The notes under the pieces: generated by a model | What the model saw: only the letters and a program-made list of their open reading frames with translations | What the model was told of the DNA's origin: nothing | Database searches by the model: none | Shown: one piece after another, positions 26,459-40,158 of the stretch | How positions within the stretch are numbered: position 1 is the first letter of the stretch | Layout: every line of letters begins with the position of its first letter | From: Styela clava | Taxonomy: Eukaryota | Reading direction: 5' to 3' | Assembly: GCF_964204865.1 (NCBI RefSeq) | Contig: NC_135255.1 | Span: 13,330,001 to 13,394,000, forward strand | Length of the DNA: 64,000 nucleotides | Translations under genes and position numbers: made by a program

Positions 26459-26629
26459 ACAATCCAAAACACCACAACTCAAAAATAGCAATTTTTTAGT
26501 CGTTGGAATTTAGTGGTTCAAAACAACACAGAACACAGCATCTAAAAACCAAAGCATCATCCCAATATAAAGCTGTATTGACTGCATTTGAGTTATAATG
26601 CTAATGTTAGTTCCAAACAGGCATTAAAC

Positions 26630-29081
26630 ATGAGTAAGGGTATACTATATTGTATGTTTTTGAGCATTCAATTGCTCATCAATCAAGTATGTTGCAATCA
26701 AAGAATTTGCATGCAAATTGAAAGTGTCAATGCAGAAGAAACGTACCCAATTCCACCACAACGAAGCTCACAGGGTGTTCCGGGCAAACGTGGACCACCA
26801 GGTGAAATTGGCCCGAAAGGGCCACAGGGGCCAAGAGGCCCAAAAGGAATTGCTGATTATGAAAGAATTAATGCAGCAATAGCATCAGGTAATTTAAATT
26901 AATATTTATTTGCTATTGGCCGTAAGCATCAGTGACGCTTGTACAAAGCCTTGTTTCGAGTGGAAAATCTTGCAAAAATTAGATTTCCCTTTATAAGAAT
27001 ATATTGAAGTTTACTTCTTATTGTAAATATATATATATATGCTTTACATCTTTTTAATTGGTGATATGAAGACTTTCCGTATAAATGGACTTGGTATATA
27101 CAAACTTAATAATGGGGTTTTGGCAGAACATCCAAGTATGTTGTGTTGCAAACTTTATTCTCTCATTCATTGAAAAATTAAAAAAAATAGTGTATCACTA
27201 ATTTCAATGTTTTTAAAAAATTTAGTTTGTTTGAATTGTACTATTACTCCAGCAACCCATACTTTTATATTTAACTTATTGCAGCGATAAATGATCTGCG
27301 GACAGAAACGGAAGAGAAGATGAATAAAACTATGAATGATCTTCAGCAGAGGATGGGTAATAGTTACTAAACTATAAGTTATGCAAAACTGTTTTGTTAA
27401 CATGACATGATGAATTTTTTGTCAAGGAGTTTTGTCTCAAACATAAAATCAAATGCAAACTGGAAACATAAAATTGTTTGGCAAAAAAGATTCAGAATCT
27501 AGAATTCCCAACATGAATTTAATTCATTTTTAACCCTTTCCATGCGATTTTTATTTTTTATTAAATAATCGTATTTGCTACGCCGACTTTATGCATTTGT
27601 ACCCCCACAACTAATCGATCGACTAACGAAAAAGTAATGATCCTCTGCTGCCCACTGACGGCTTGTTGGAAAGCTTATTTAAAGAGCTTGCAATTGGCGA
27701 TTAAAAAAAATTTTTTTTTTAAAAGGGGTGGTCTGAGTCACAAACCGGATAGAAAAAAGGCATTTTTTTTTCTTGGGTGTTGAAACTTCAAACCGTGATA
27801 AAAAATAGAAATATTTGCTAAATCCTTTACTGTTACCGCTTCTTGGTTGGCAAACAATGCATAATATTGCTGTAGCAATTTCGTTATCTAACTCAAAATA
27901 CTTTGGTAGATGGAAGGGATAATTTGTCTTCTATCACTACCCAAAAAACACCGAAATTTGCATAAATTTCAAAAACACTCCATCGTTCCTCCGCAAATAA
28001 AACTCCCATGGTAAACGAAAGCGAGATTTATCGTCGCTTATGTTAATCTCGAAGAAGACTTTTTATCAATAAACTAAAACCCGGAAAAACTAGACCAACA
28101 GTTTGCGACCGATTGCTAAATAAAACAGTGGAGTACATCAACGTACCCGCCGCAATCTAGCGAGTTTTGTCGTGGGTACGTATACGTGCCCACCGCACGG
28201 AAAGGGTTAAACGAAGCTAAATGAATTTTTCATTTTCTAAATATAATAGTCAACTGCGAAGTCATTCACAAGAATACTTGTTATCGGATGATACTTCGTG
28301 GAACACAAGTGAATTTTGACCAAGCAACACAAGCATGTAGAGATATTGGTATGAATATTGGATACATTGAAGATGAAACACATTACCAAAAAATAGCAGA
28401 GTTAGTCAGATCAAAATCAACATCATCTCTTACAGGATACTGGACAGGACTATTGTACAAAAACTCAGTGAGTATTTAAATTTGATTCATAACGAATATG
28501 GTGAACCAGCAAATATTTATCATTTCTATCACATTAAATTATCATTGACTTATCTCGGATTAGGCTTAGAGCATAGTGCCAAACGTTAGGAATACGCTTG
28601 CCACAACACCTCTGATTACCCTGCGTGGGTTGGATGGTCCGATCCTGTGTGGGATAACTATGTACAAGATAATTGCTGGATTCCTCGCTTCCATAGGGTA
28701 GTTCACATAACCGCTGGTCAGTTACAGCTTCCTTCACCGTCAAGTTCATGCATCAGAAAACTGGCTAACTAATCCCATACCCAACATGACTGGTACCCGT
28801 ACAAGAGGCTGCGGTTCCCCATATCATTATTAAGTCGCCTTATCGCCTCACCCTTGATACATATGTAACTCCTATCCTATCTATTTCAGCAACTTGTGAC
28901 ACTTTCTGGAAATCCATCACCATTCACTAAATGGTATCCGGGTAGACCCAATAGTGGTGAGCAATACAAAAATGTGTACATTTGGGTCCAGAAAGATACA
29001 GGAAGTGTAAACCAGGGCATGTATAACTACATTCCAACACCCCTACGACCTGGAGTGTTATGTCAAATCATGTATACCTAA
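26630..29081 (+). CDS. Collectin-like protein copy C, intact, 246 aa
   Basis: Exons 26630-26888, 27285-27356, 28250-28467, 28890-29081; open frame, GT-AG; piggyBac-type MITE in intron 2. Confidence 0.9.
27534..28206. mobile_element. Non-autonomous piggyBac-type element (673 bp) in collectin C intron 2
   Basis: TTAA-CCCTTTCCATGCG ... CGCACGGAAAGGG-TTAA; single TTAA at the equivalent site in copy A (~8320). Confidence 0.9.
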
Positions 29082-30494
29082 GATCATATTAACAAGCATT
29101 GTCTACAGATTTCTTATTTGTTAACTTCTCCGATCACACAATACTACAATGCTAGTTATATTGTCAATATTCAAATAACGTAAATCGTATCGTGCACCTA
29201 ATTACAGAATTCCATTTTTTATTATTATTTCATGATTTGATTATTATCTTGCTTGATATCAATCCTTCATGAGGTGACTATGGTCAAAATTAATATTATA
29301 TAAAAAAATAAATAAAAAAGTATGGTATATATAAAAGATAGAAATGGGAGAAGCATATTTGATTATTATTACAGTTGTTTTGTGGAAAACAGCAAATTTT
29401 CATTTTATGACAGTTGAAGGATTAATTAACATTAACAAACAGACAATTTTTCCTAATACCATTAATTCTTTGGAAGGGAATTTGATGAAAAAACAATGTC
29501 ATGCGCACTCTAAAATAAAGGAAATTGATAACCACTGAAGTATAAAGAGCTACTGAGATTATAAGAATTTTGATGTAGAATTCAGTGTTAGTGCATGTGT
29601 ATTCAAAATATAATGCAATAAACGTAATAAAGGATCTATAATTAGAAAACATCTCAATACCATACCTGTGTGGCAGCTAAGCTGTCTCCCTTCTTCACCA
29701 AAACATCTGCCCACATCATAGAAATATCAGTCACTTTCTTTTTCATCTGTCTTATCGTTTCCTCATTTATTAACAGTTTTTGTATCGCAGTAGTCATAGT
29801 TTTACACAAAAAACTGTAAATCCAAGAGAAAATTTTTTTCTCCAATGAAAATGATGTTATAAATATAACTTTGCCATTGACAAGATAGAGTTTGTAAAAC
29901 CTCATTTGTCTTTTCTTATTTTTTCTAACAAAAATGGAAATTAGATAGACAAGAAGAAATTGAAAACTCAGTCAAACCTTTCCTCTTATTACTAGAATCT
30001 TATTATTTTCAGGAACAAATTATTAAAGTTACAAAATTTCTGACATTACATTTTGATAAATGTGGAATGAAAATTTACATTTCGTTTTAAATTTGCGATA
30101 ATTTTTAGAATAGAAAGACATAAATCAGAATGATATGTTTAATTTGTTACTGTATATATACTATGTAAATAAAATCATTCAGTTATTCAGTTGTTTTATT
30201 CGTCGATCATGGGGGAATGCAACATAGAATTCAATGATAGGAATAAACAAGTTATAAAGTACTGGTTAGGATGAAGTTAAAAAAAAAGACGATTCTCAAT
30301 TCTTACTTGCAACTATTAGCAGTGTCCAATTTTTGCTGAGATATTTCCAATCGCAATTTTTCCCGAAGTAATTGTAACGCTGATAATGGATCTTCAGTTG
30401 ATGAAGAATTCTTGATAGCAACTGAATCAATCATAATTATAGTAAAATTCAGTGTAACTTTGAAAAATCAGAAATTGAATGGATCAAATATCTA

Positions 30495-30750
30495 ACTGCT
30501 AAGGGTTAGGAACATTATTGTCACCACTCTGATTACATGTGTAAGTTCGCAGGTTTGAATCCTGTGAGAGATAATTATGAGCGAGAAAATGGCACGATTA
30601 CTCGCTGCCATAGGGTGGTTCATGTGACTGCAAACTCATCCCATACCCAACATGGACCGGGAACTGGACAAGAAGCTGTAGTTCACCATGTGATAAAGCA
30701 GTCTTAATGGCATTCCCCTCTGTCAGAATAAATATGTGAATCATCTCCTA
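30495..30750 (+). mobile_element. Decayed SINE copy; also ~41615-41870, ~61985-62230, and a more decayed one at ~58460-58670
   Basis: gttcgcaggtttgaatcc, agggtggttca and atcccatacccaacatgga motifs. Confidence 0.7.
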
Positions 30751-31523
30751 TGATAATACCTATGATATAGTCCTAATTGCCATTATATCAAAATTCATAG
30801 CCTACAGACACACTCTTATTCTTATATTTTCAAATTTTCTCTGTGGGAATTTTTCAATCTTAACGAGAGAAAATATATTTCCATATGTATTTGGAATGGT
30901 AAATTATTTAGTTTGGCCATCCCGGACAATCGCCGTTATCCGAGTGAACAGGTCATAAAGCGTTGAGAATCACCCCCAATGGGCATATTCGATAGTCTAT
31001 TAGGCTACTCACCGTCAAGGTCAGCATGCAGGTTAGAATAGAAATTTTCATCAAGTTTATTCCTTGAATTAGAGTCAAGCTGAACTTCTAATCCTGGATA
31101 AACTTTGATCTCGAGATAATTTCGAGCATTGTATGCAGAGCTGAAAGTGACAAAAAAATGATATGTATTTCTGCTCAGTACAGAAATTTGACTCACAAAT
31201 TCAAAGTAATTATGAGAATAACGGATTCAGGTATTTATTTTCATTGTGCATGAAAAATTCAGTCAGTTTTTAGAGTCTGTAAATCTGAATATTGAAATTT
31301 CAAAGGAGTAAATGATATGTATTACTGCTCAACACAGAAATTTGACTTGCTCACAAATACAAAGTAATTATGGGAATAACGGATTCAGGTATTTATTTAC
31401 ACTGTGCATGAAAAATTCAGTCAGTTTTTAGTTTTTATAGTCTGTAAATTTGACTAAGGCCTATTGCAATTTCCAAAAGAGTAAATGAGAAAACAATGAC
31501 ACATAAAAAGCAGTGCTGTTTTG

Positions 31524-32738
31524 TAGAGCTCGACCGATATATCGGCCAACCGATATATCGGGCCGATATTGCGTGTTTGCCGATATATCATATTGGCCCA
31601 ACCGGCCGATATATCTTGCCGATATATATCAGCGCTAGTCGCTTTTCCACGTCCTAAAAAATGAGTATTTTTCTCCGGGAAATATCTGCGGCCGAGCGTT
31701 TTCTTTTTTTCGCTCCTCTCATTTTGCCTTTCAATGAACAGAGAGTTCTCTTCTATATTTCTCTCTCTCTTTTATCTCTTCGTGCGGCGCAAAATCCTCG
31801 CCTTCGAATATCTTGCGTCCCCACTAGGCTTGCACGTAATCGACAAAAATCAATTCCGTAATTACGGCAAAATCGATTACGTAATGACCCCGTAATTGCG
31901 ATATTTTTCACACGTTTAAGCCTATCATAAAAACCATTTGAATCCACTTCTTTTCCGAATGGGACATCGAAGTTTGGTTTTCATATTACCAACAGTACTA
32001 CACGCCGGCGACAGATGTTAAAAACAAATACCAAGGAGTGAATTCGAATTAAATTTATTCTGATTTTTATCTTGTTTTATTGTGTTGGCTTTGATTTTCC
32101 TTTATCACCTTCGCAAATTAACCGTCCCAATTTTATGCGATCAATTTTATCATTGCCGTATTTACCGACACTGGTATACGGATATATATGAAACGATAGT
32201 TGCCTTTTTTAAAATCGACTTTCGTATTGAATAAAAATTTCGGGTTTCTAAGATATTAATCAACGACAAGCGTATTCTTTCATTTGATTATATCTGCGCC
32301 TGCCTCGCGACGAAGACTTGTTATTGCTCCGTTTTTTACATTATCCGACTTTGCTACCTAGTTAGCATTTTAAAATAATTATTGATGCTGAATTATTGAC
32401 GACATTCCGATTACCAAGCTTCATTTTATATCAAATCATTTCGCGGACTAAATGTTATAACATTATTTGCAATAAATTTAGATCACATATTAATTATTTA
32501 GCCGGCGATAAATTCTTACCCGTAACTCGTTGTAAATTAATGCTAATAAATTCTATTTTGTTTTTTAATGCGCAGTGATTTGTATTAATAAAAGTGATTC
32601 AGTCGGGAAAAGAAAGTAGCCTAGCCTCCTCTACTTTTGAGTGCTTATAGCGGCGGTAAAATTCGTCTCATGTCTGTTTCACGGAGAGAAAGAAAAATAC
32701 GCCTTCCGGAATTACAATCAACTATCACACATTCTTAT
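31524..32738. mobile_element. One-ended hAT-like element at the unit 2/unit 3 junction
   Basis: Begins TAGAGCTCGACCGATATATCGG with a cluster of CCGATAT/ATATCGG subterminal repeats (31524-31630); no matching right end found. Confidence 0.55.
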
Positions 32739-35700
32739 TCCTAGTGATTCAAAAGTCTTGATGCACACTAACACAAATATATTTCTATAACGTTTCATCT
32801 GACATTGAACTTGAAACAATGATGGCAGGCTTTCAAATCAAACTGAAATGCTAGTCCTTCAACCAGCAAGATTACTAAAACTTCTGGTGTATCACTATTC
32901 ACTAGCAAAACAAAGCAGTTTTACAATTCAATACCCTGACTCTTGATTCATTGAAATAAAAAATTGCATCTGATTTCAGTACTAGTTTAAGAGAATAAAC
33001 ATTTAACTGTGGCAAATACAAGACACATTCAAAAATCTCATTCTATTCAAGCTGGAAATTTTCTACCTGCATCTTAAGGACATCTGAAATTAAAAGTCCC
33101 ATAATAGCTAGTGCAAATTTCAACCCATAATCTAAAAGTATGAAAATATGACCCACAAAAAACTTTAAAATGAATGCAATCAAAATAAATCGATTTTACG
33201 TACATTTGCAAGGCCACATGGTCCCAATTTTTGTATGAAATTATCACTTTACAAATATAACAACTTTCTAATTGCACTCACCTGTTGCCCAGGAAACAAA
33301 GTTTAATAAAACATTTTACCAGTTAAGAAAAATTTATATTTACATCAGTCCACAGCTCACGAGAATACGGTACTGCATCCACAGACCGCCGGGACAGATG
33401 TATTGCCTAAAATAGGGATTATTTTCAATAAACATAATTGTTACTTTGTCAATTTCACAAAATCAAAACTTGATACCCGTACCTTTGATATTCTTCCACG
33501 AGAGAAAAGTGACGAGACTGATCTAGTGAATTTTGTGAAAAAAAAATATAAAAATTATTAATTTTCCTCATGAAACTTTTATAAATCAATTAAAAAAGGA
33601 TTTAAACATTTAACATCTAATTACTTAGCCTTACATACAACTCGTAAGAAAACATGTTGATTAACATAAAACTTGAATAGAAAATAAATCAAATATTATT
33701 CAAAAAAGATTATTCAAGATTTACTACATTTTCCATATCATCATGTTTTGACACAATGTAGTTGAAGTTATCCTCCATAATATGGAAACGATTGTTGAGT
33801 CATCTCCAAAACTGAGAAAATGTCGGCAAGCCCTGGAATATAAAAAAAAATTCCATAAAATTTGGAATATCTGAGTTAATGTTCCCGAAACCTTGATCTA
33901 AAATGCTGATGAAAGTACAGTCGAAATTGAAAAACCAAACAAATATTATTTTTCCATTACAAGATAATTTACAAAGACTGTGTATATCAAATACTAATTC
34001 TAAATGCCTATGAAGAACGCTAAAGCTAAAATGTTTCTACAATAACATTTCTAAATTTGGTATACCCTAATGGTCCCTTGTTTGATTGAAACATTGTTGT
34101 CAAAGAAACCCTTTTACTTGAATATAAATTCAAAAATCCACCAAATCATATACAAATATTTATAAACTCATTTAAATAGCTGCATACTAGTTGGCGCTCC
34201 CGAAGTATGTGAACCAAAATAGCAGACACCGGAACATAGTACGTGTACTAGGTTAGGCCATATTTTTATGCCAATTTTCCTTATTTTAGTCCTACTACGA
34301 GTTCAGGGACTAGGCAAGTGACTCCTATACTATGTACCTGAAATTGTGGCCTAGCCCTAACCTGGTACACATACTACGCTCGAGTGTTTGCCATTTTGAT
34401 TCACATACTACAGGAGTACCTACTAGTTTACCTTCCAACAAATCACCATTTATCCACTTACCTCAATAACAGTGGAACATTATACGGCATCAGATCAGTA
34501 AGAAAATTATAAGCAGTTGATATGTGTTGCCTTGTATGAAAGCATGATAAGTAGATAGACGCAACCTTTAGTTGATAAAATACTAAAATCAATATCATCA
34601 TGTAAATATTGTCATTATCAAAAATCGTTCGGTCTACGCATTATTACATTTTATATTTAAAATATTTTATTATCCTAAATGAGTTTATTATCATTAAGCA
34701 AAAAAGCAAAATCACAAAAATCTTCATTATTCCGAGAATTAGACATAAACATCTATAAAAAAAAAAGATATAAATTTCAATAAGCAACTGTACACTTACT
34801 AATATTATGTATCATGTTAGAATCTAGTAACCATCGCCAATAAGTTCACATTATATTTCTACCTGATTATGAAATGTGTAGTCAGAAAATCTGGCATCAG
34901 AGCTGAGCAATTCATCAATGGCTAAATCTGGAGAACAAGTTGTTATGCATCGACGAATAACTGCAGTAAAATTCTTTAGCCATATTTGACGCGTTTTTAC
35001 AGTTATTGTTGTTGGTTCGACTAGTTTTGAGGCAAGATGCTGACGATATAGAAGATATCTGTAAAGGAAATTTGATATAAAAAATGGACTCGGGATATTT
35101 TTTTTTCTAAGTGGGAGATGCTTTGACCATTTATGTAGTAGTAGTACTTACATATTTATTCTGGAGGAGAGAAAAGAATAGGAATGGGACGCTTAGCACA
35201 ATGCTACTGGATATCATCAAGATGTCAAAGGTGACGTGACACGTGAAAATTGAAATTTTAAGTAGTCGCTTAGACAATTTTTAATTCAGATTCTCAGGCA
35301 TGGTTGGAAACATTATCTAGCAATTGATTAGTTTTTTTGTTGTGTTTCTGAAACTTGGGTACAAATTAAACAACTGAATGATTATTTTGTCTTTCTAAAA
35401 GTTTTAATTCAGTTACAAAGATCGAAAATGAGTCCTGAAAAGAGAAACTAAAATTAGCTCTCAATACTTTTGCATTTTACAATGATGGTATCAAGAAGTA
35501 TCCAAATAATTATTTCGAGGAAAATGAATTATTTGAATATACTTTTTTTTATTATTAAAAAATTTTGCGAATCTGATTATAAAGTCCCACCTTAGCCATA
35601 TTTGTCTTCTATCATTTTCATCACCCACATCCACAATTGCCTTTTCATAATAATCCAGTATAACGTTGACAGATTCGCTGGATAAATCGAGAATTACACT

Positions 35701-37554
35701 GAAAAGAACATGATTCACCATAAAGCATTGTTCAAAAATGAATAGAATCCAAATAAGAATTCTATTACGATTTCCAGGGTGTCCATAAAGTCCCTTTATA
35801 TTTTCAATTTTGTTACAAAGTCAGGTCTAAATATATCTTAACCAGGTTTGTTGTTTTTTAATCAGTGAATTCAAAAGTGTTTTTACTTCATCGATCTTGA
35901 TAAGTATGTTGATAGGTGTTTGTTTGTCTGTCAGACACTTTCGTATGTTACGCAATATCTCACGAAAGCGAGGTAGAATCTACTCCAAATTTTGCATGCG
36001 CATTCATCATATATCGGACCAGAAGCCTATTGATTTTGGATGAATTATGTCGTATAATTAGCGAGTTATTAATTAATAAGTGATGGGACATGCAGTGTCG
36101 CTATTTAGTCAGAGCGAAGGAATCGAAACCGCAGAGACGGTCTCCGATCGCTAGCTAGTTTAATACATCTGTAAGGGCCGAAACAATATATGACATCGAT
36201 AAATACCATTTGCAATATTAAAAAAAATTGAGACACCCTATATATCTTAACACTCATAATTTCAACAGCCTTGATCTATTTCACTTACATGTAAATCATC
36301 CATAAATACGCTTTGTTCTTCCCAACAATTTTCCAACTAATTTCCGGTAAAAGAGAAAGATGTTTGTCAGTTAATGAGTCCGATAATCTCAATAAGTAGT
36401 GAAATAATTTCTCCAATTCTGATAAATTAATCACATCTATATCTGAAAAAGAAACCAAAATGAAGCAAAAATTGAGAACCTAATATTAATATTAAAATCA
36501 ACACTTAGGGTGTAATAAACTAGGCAATGCCGAAACCTGGTAACTACAGGGTGGTGGCTAGAAAACAGTACCAACTTAAAACAACCTAGAACCTAAAAGA
36601 AAGCACCCATTTTATTTGTGATGTCATGTGACCTTCAAATTTTCTGGTTTTTTATTGACCACCCTGGTGTATTTCACATGGTGAATCTTGATTTTATAAA
36701 AAAACTACAAAACTTTTACCTATTTTCAAATGAGCTGAAGCACAAGTTTCAAAATACAGAAGTGCAGCATCAATGTCCGAGGATTCTTGATTCAATTGAA
36801 ACAAAGCTGCTTCATAACAAAGTTTTGCATCATATGGATTTTCTGTCACAGCTTCTTCAAAGACCTTTGAAAAAGTAATATTAAATAGATAAGATCTTCT
36901 TGCCTGTTTGTCCTATCCATGACTGTTATAATATCCCATTAAAAATGAGTATGCATTAACGATTTGACATTTCTCATTTATTACCACAAGAAAAATTTTT
37001 TTTTTATTCTTTCAAACTTAACATAATAATTTTGATATTCCAGTGCCTTTTTTATGCTTTTAATGGCTCAGTTATAGTTACATAGTTTATAGCTTTTTCA
37101 AGCTGCAAAATAACATTTCAAACGCCCAAATGTCTGCTTTTCAGGCGCTTCGTCATTTTCTCACACATTTTGACAACAATACCAAACGCGCAGAAATTTC
37201 ACAGCCAAATAGCATGGGAAACAAGTTTTTTGCAGTTTCCCATGGCAATTCAAAATACTTCATCACAAAAAGAGTACTCCTTCAAATTTGTTGGTTGGAA
37301 ACATTTCAACTTCTGAAAGCTGAACGAATGCAACAATTCAATATAAATACTTTGCTTGCTACAGTAGTACAGTAGGCTTCTTAGCGCAGTAGGTTGGCAT
37401 GCATAGATGTATTTGCCTCAACTTTATAAATAACAGTTAGTAAGATAGAAATTTCATTGAGATGGAATTGCAACTTGATTAAATTTAGACAGAAATGTAT
37501 GCTAGACTGCATTTGAGTTTCAATTCTAATGTTTGCTTTAAACAGGCGTTAAAT

Positions 37555-40158
37555 ATGAAAAAGGGTATACTATATTGTATGTTTTTGAGCATTCAATTGC
37601 TCGTCAAACCAAGTATATTGCAATCAAAGAATTTGCATGCAAATTGAAAATGTCAATACAGAAGAAACGTACCCAATTCCACCACAACAAAGTTCACAGG
37701 GTGTTCCGGGCAAACGAGGACCACCTGGTGAAATTGGACCAAAAGGATCACAGAGGCCCAGAGGACCAAAAGGAATTGTTGATTATGAAAGAATTAATGC
37801 AGCAATAGAATCAGGTAATTTAAATTAATATTGGCCGTAAGCATCAGTGGGGCTTGTACAAAGCCTTGTTTGAAGTGGAAAATATTGCAAAAATTACAGT
37901 TTTCCCTACATAAGAATATATTGAAGTTTACTTCTTATTGTATATATATATAGTTTACATCTTTTTAAATGATAATATAATGACTGTCAGTATGAATGGA
38001 CTTGGTATAGACCAGGGATAGCGAACCACTGACCCGCGGGTCACAAAGTGACCCACCGCGTTTTATTCTTGACCCGCCAAGGCACTAATAAAATAAAAAT
38101 GCTAACATATCACTGATGAGAAGTGATAAAACCGGTCTTAAATTAATCTAACAATAACTAAACTATTATAATGTACCGTCAGTTGGTCATGACTGCGATC
38201 GCTCATATTTAAGTTGTTAATTTCCGGGCCGGTATGGTAATTTCCTAAACCTCTAATCTTGGGCGCATGTGTGCACCGTTCGTTATTCAACTATTGGCTC
38301 TGACATAACAATGCAATTGCTACTTTGCATTTTATTAGTTTCTCGCCTACAATGCCGTTGAGAAATCAAAATATTCCAGACTTGAAATAAAAACCGAGAA
38401 ATCTGAAACAACAATGGGGCAGTGTAAAAGTGCCTTAATGTGGTTGAAAGCTGATCTAAAAATATAAAACTATCAGAGTGGAATTCCCTCCAAACTCTTT
38501 GGATCCGGAAAAGAATTTGCCGCATCGTCCTAAGCGTTTTTGGCGATTCATATGCGTGTTTTCGTACTCTGATTCCATAAAATCGAGTGAAATAAAAAGT
38601 CCCCGATTAAAGTGATGCATAAGTGAAACCCAAAACTACAACAACAGCAACAGAAGCTTATAAGATTTGTTTCAGAAGTTTCTCATAGATACAAACATTG
38701 ATTAAATATATGTGACCCAATCTCTTCTGTTCCGCGATAAAAATATAATTTTTGACCCATTCATTGGAAAAGGTTCGCCATCCCTGATAGACAAAACTTA
38801 ATAATGGGGTTTGTGCAGAACATCCAAGTATGTTATGTTGTGAACTTTATTCACTCATTCATTGGTAAAATTAAAACCATGTATCACTAATTTTGATGCT
38901 TTTATAAAATTTAGTTTGTTTGATTTGTATTATTACTTCAGCGACCCATACTTTTATATTTAATCCATTGCAGCGATAAATGATCTGCGGACAGAAATGG
39001 AAGAGAAAATGAATAATGTCAACAAAACCATGAATGATCTTCAGCAGAGGATGGATAATAGTCGACTAAACTATCAATTATGTAAAACTGTTTTGTTAAC
39101 ATTACATGATGAATTTTTTGTCACAGAGTTCTCAAACATAAAATTAAATGCAAATTGGAAACACAAATAAGATTCGAATCTATAATTCCCAACAAATAGA
39201 ACTAAATGTAATTTTCATTTTCTAAATAAAATAGTCAACTGCGATGATTCAGAATCAAGAATTTCCAACATTAATATAAATTATTTTCAAACCGAAATAC
39301 CTAAATTTTTCATTTTCTAAATATAATAGTCAACTGCGAAGTCTTTTACAAGAATAATTGTTATCGGATGGAACTTCGCAAAACCAAAATGAATTTTGAT
39401 CAAGCAACACAAGCATGTAGAGATATTGGTATGAATATTGGATACATTCAAGATGAAACACATTACCAAAAAATAGCAGAGTTAGTCAGATCAAAATCAA
39501 CATCATCTATAGGATACTGGACAGGACTATTGTACAAAAACTCAGTGAGTATTTAAATTTGATTCATAACGAATATGGTGAACCAGCAAATATTTATCAT
39601 TTCTATCACATTAAATTATCATTGACTTATCTCGGATTAGGCTCAGAGCATAGTGCCAAGCATTAGGAATACGCTTGCCCCAGCACCTCTGATTACCCTG
39701 CGTGGGTTGGATGGTCCGATCCTGTGTGGGATAACTATGTACAAGATGATTGATAGACTCCTCGCTTCCATAGGGTGGTTCACATAACCACTGGTCAGTT
39801 ACAGCTTCCTTCACCGTCAAGTTCATGCATCAGAAAACTGGCTAACTAATCCCATACCCAACATGACTGGTACCCGTACAAGAGGCTGCGGTTCCCCATA
39901 TCATTATTAAGTCGCCTTATCGTCTCACCCTTGATACATATGTAACTCCTATCCTATCTATTTCAGCAACTTGTGACACTTTCTGGAAATCCATCACTAT
40001 TCACTAAATGGTATCCGGGTACACCCAATAGTGTCGAGCAATACAAAAATGTGTACATTTATGTCAAGAAAGATACAGGAAGTGTAAACCACGGCATGTT
40101 TAACTACATTCCAACAGCCACACGACCTGGAGTGTTATGTCAAATCATGTATACTTAA
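37555..40158 (+). pseudogene. Collectin-like pseudogene copy D
   Basis: Exons 37555-37814, 38974-39054, 39330-39544, 39967-40158. Lesions: +1 A at ~37606-37608 (frameshift in the signal peptide), Gly>Arg in collagen (GSQRPR), exon-2 donor GT>AT at 39055. Confidence 0.85.
38013..38786. mobile_element. Non-autonomous hAT (Charlie-like) element (774 bp) in collectin D intron 1
   Basis: TIR CAGGGATRGCGAACC; ATAGAC duplicated on both sides (6 of the expected 8 bp); empty site ggtatagacaaaac at 23761. Confidence 0.85.

Larger units (their letters stand above)
19030..31140 (-). pseudogene. ZFC3H1: ZFC3H1-like 3' fragment, unit 2 (11 exons, frames open, 5'-truncated at the 31524 junction)
   Basis: Paralogous exons including 31140-31013, 30421-30307, 29813-29666, 22612-22468, 19518-19414. 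No stop seen by eye; upstream exons removed at the unit 2/3 junction. Confidence 0.75.
16378..31523. repeat. Segmental duplication unit 2 (two collectins; right end truncated)
   Basis: Colinear with 1-~11180, plus an extra collectin block. Confidence 0.85.
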
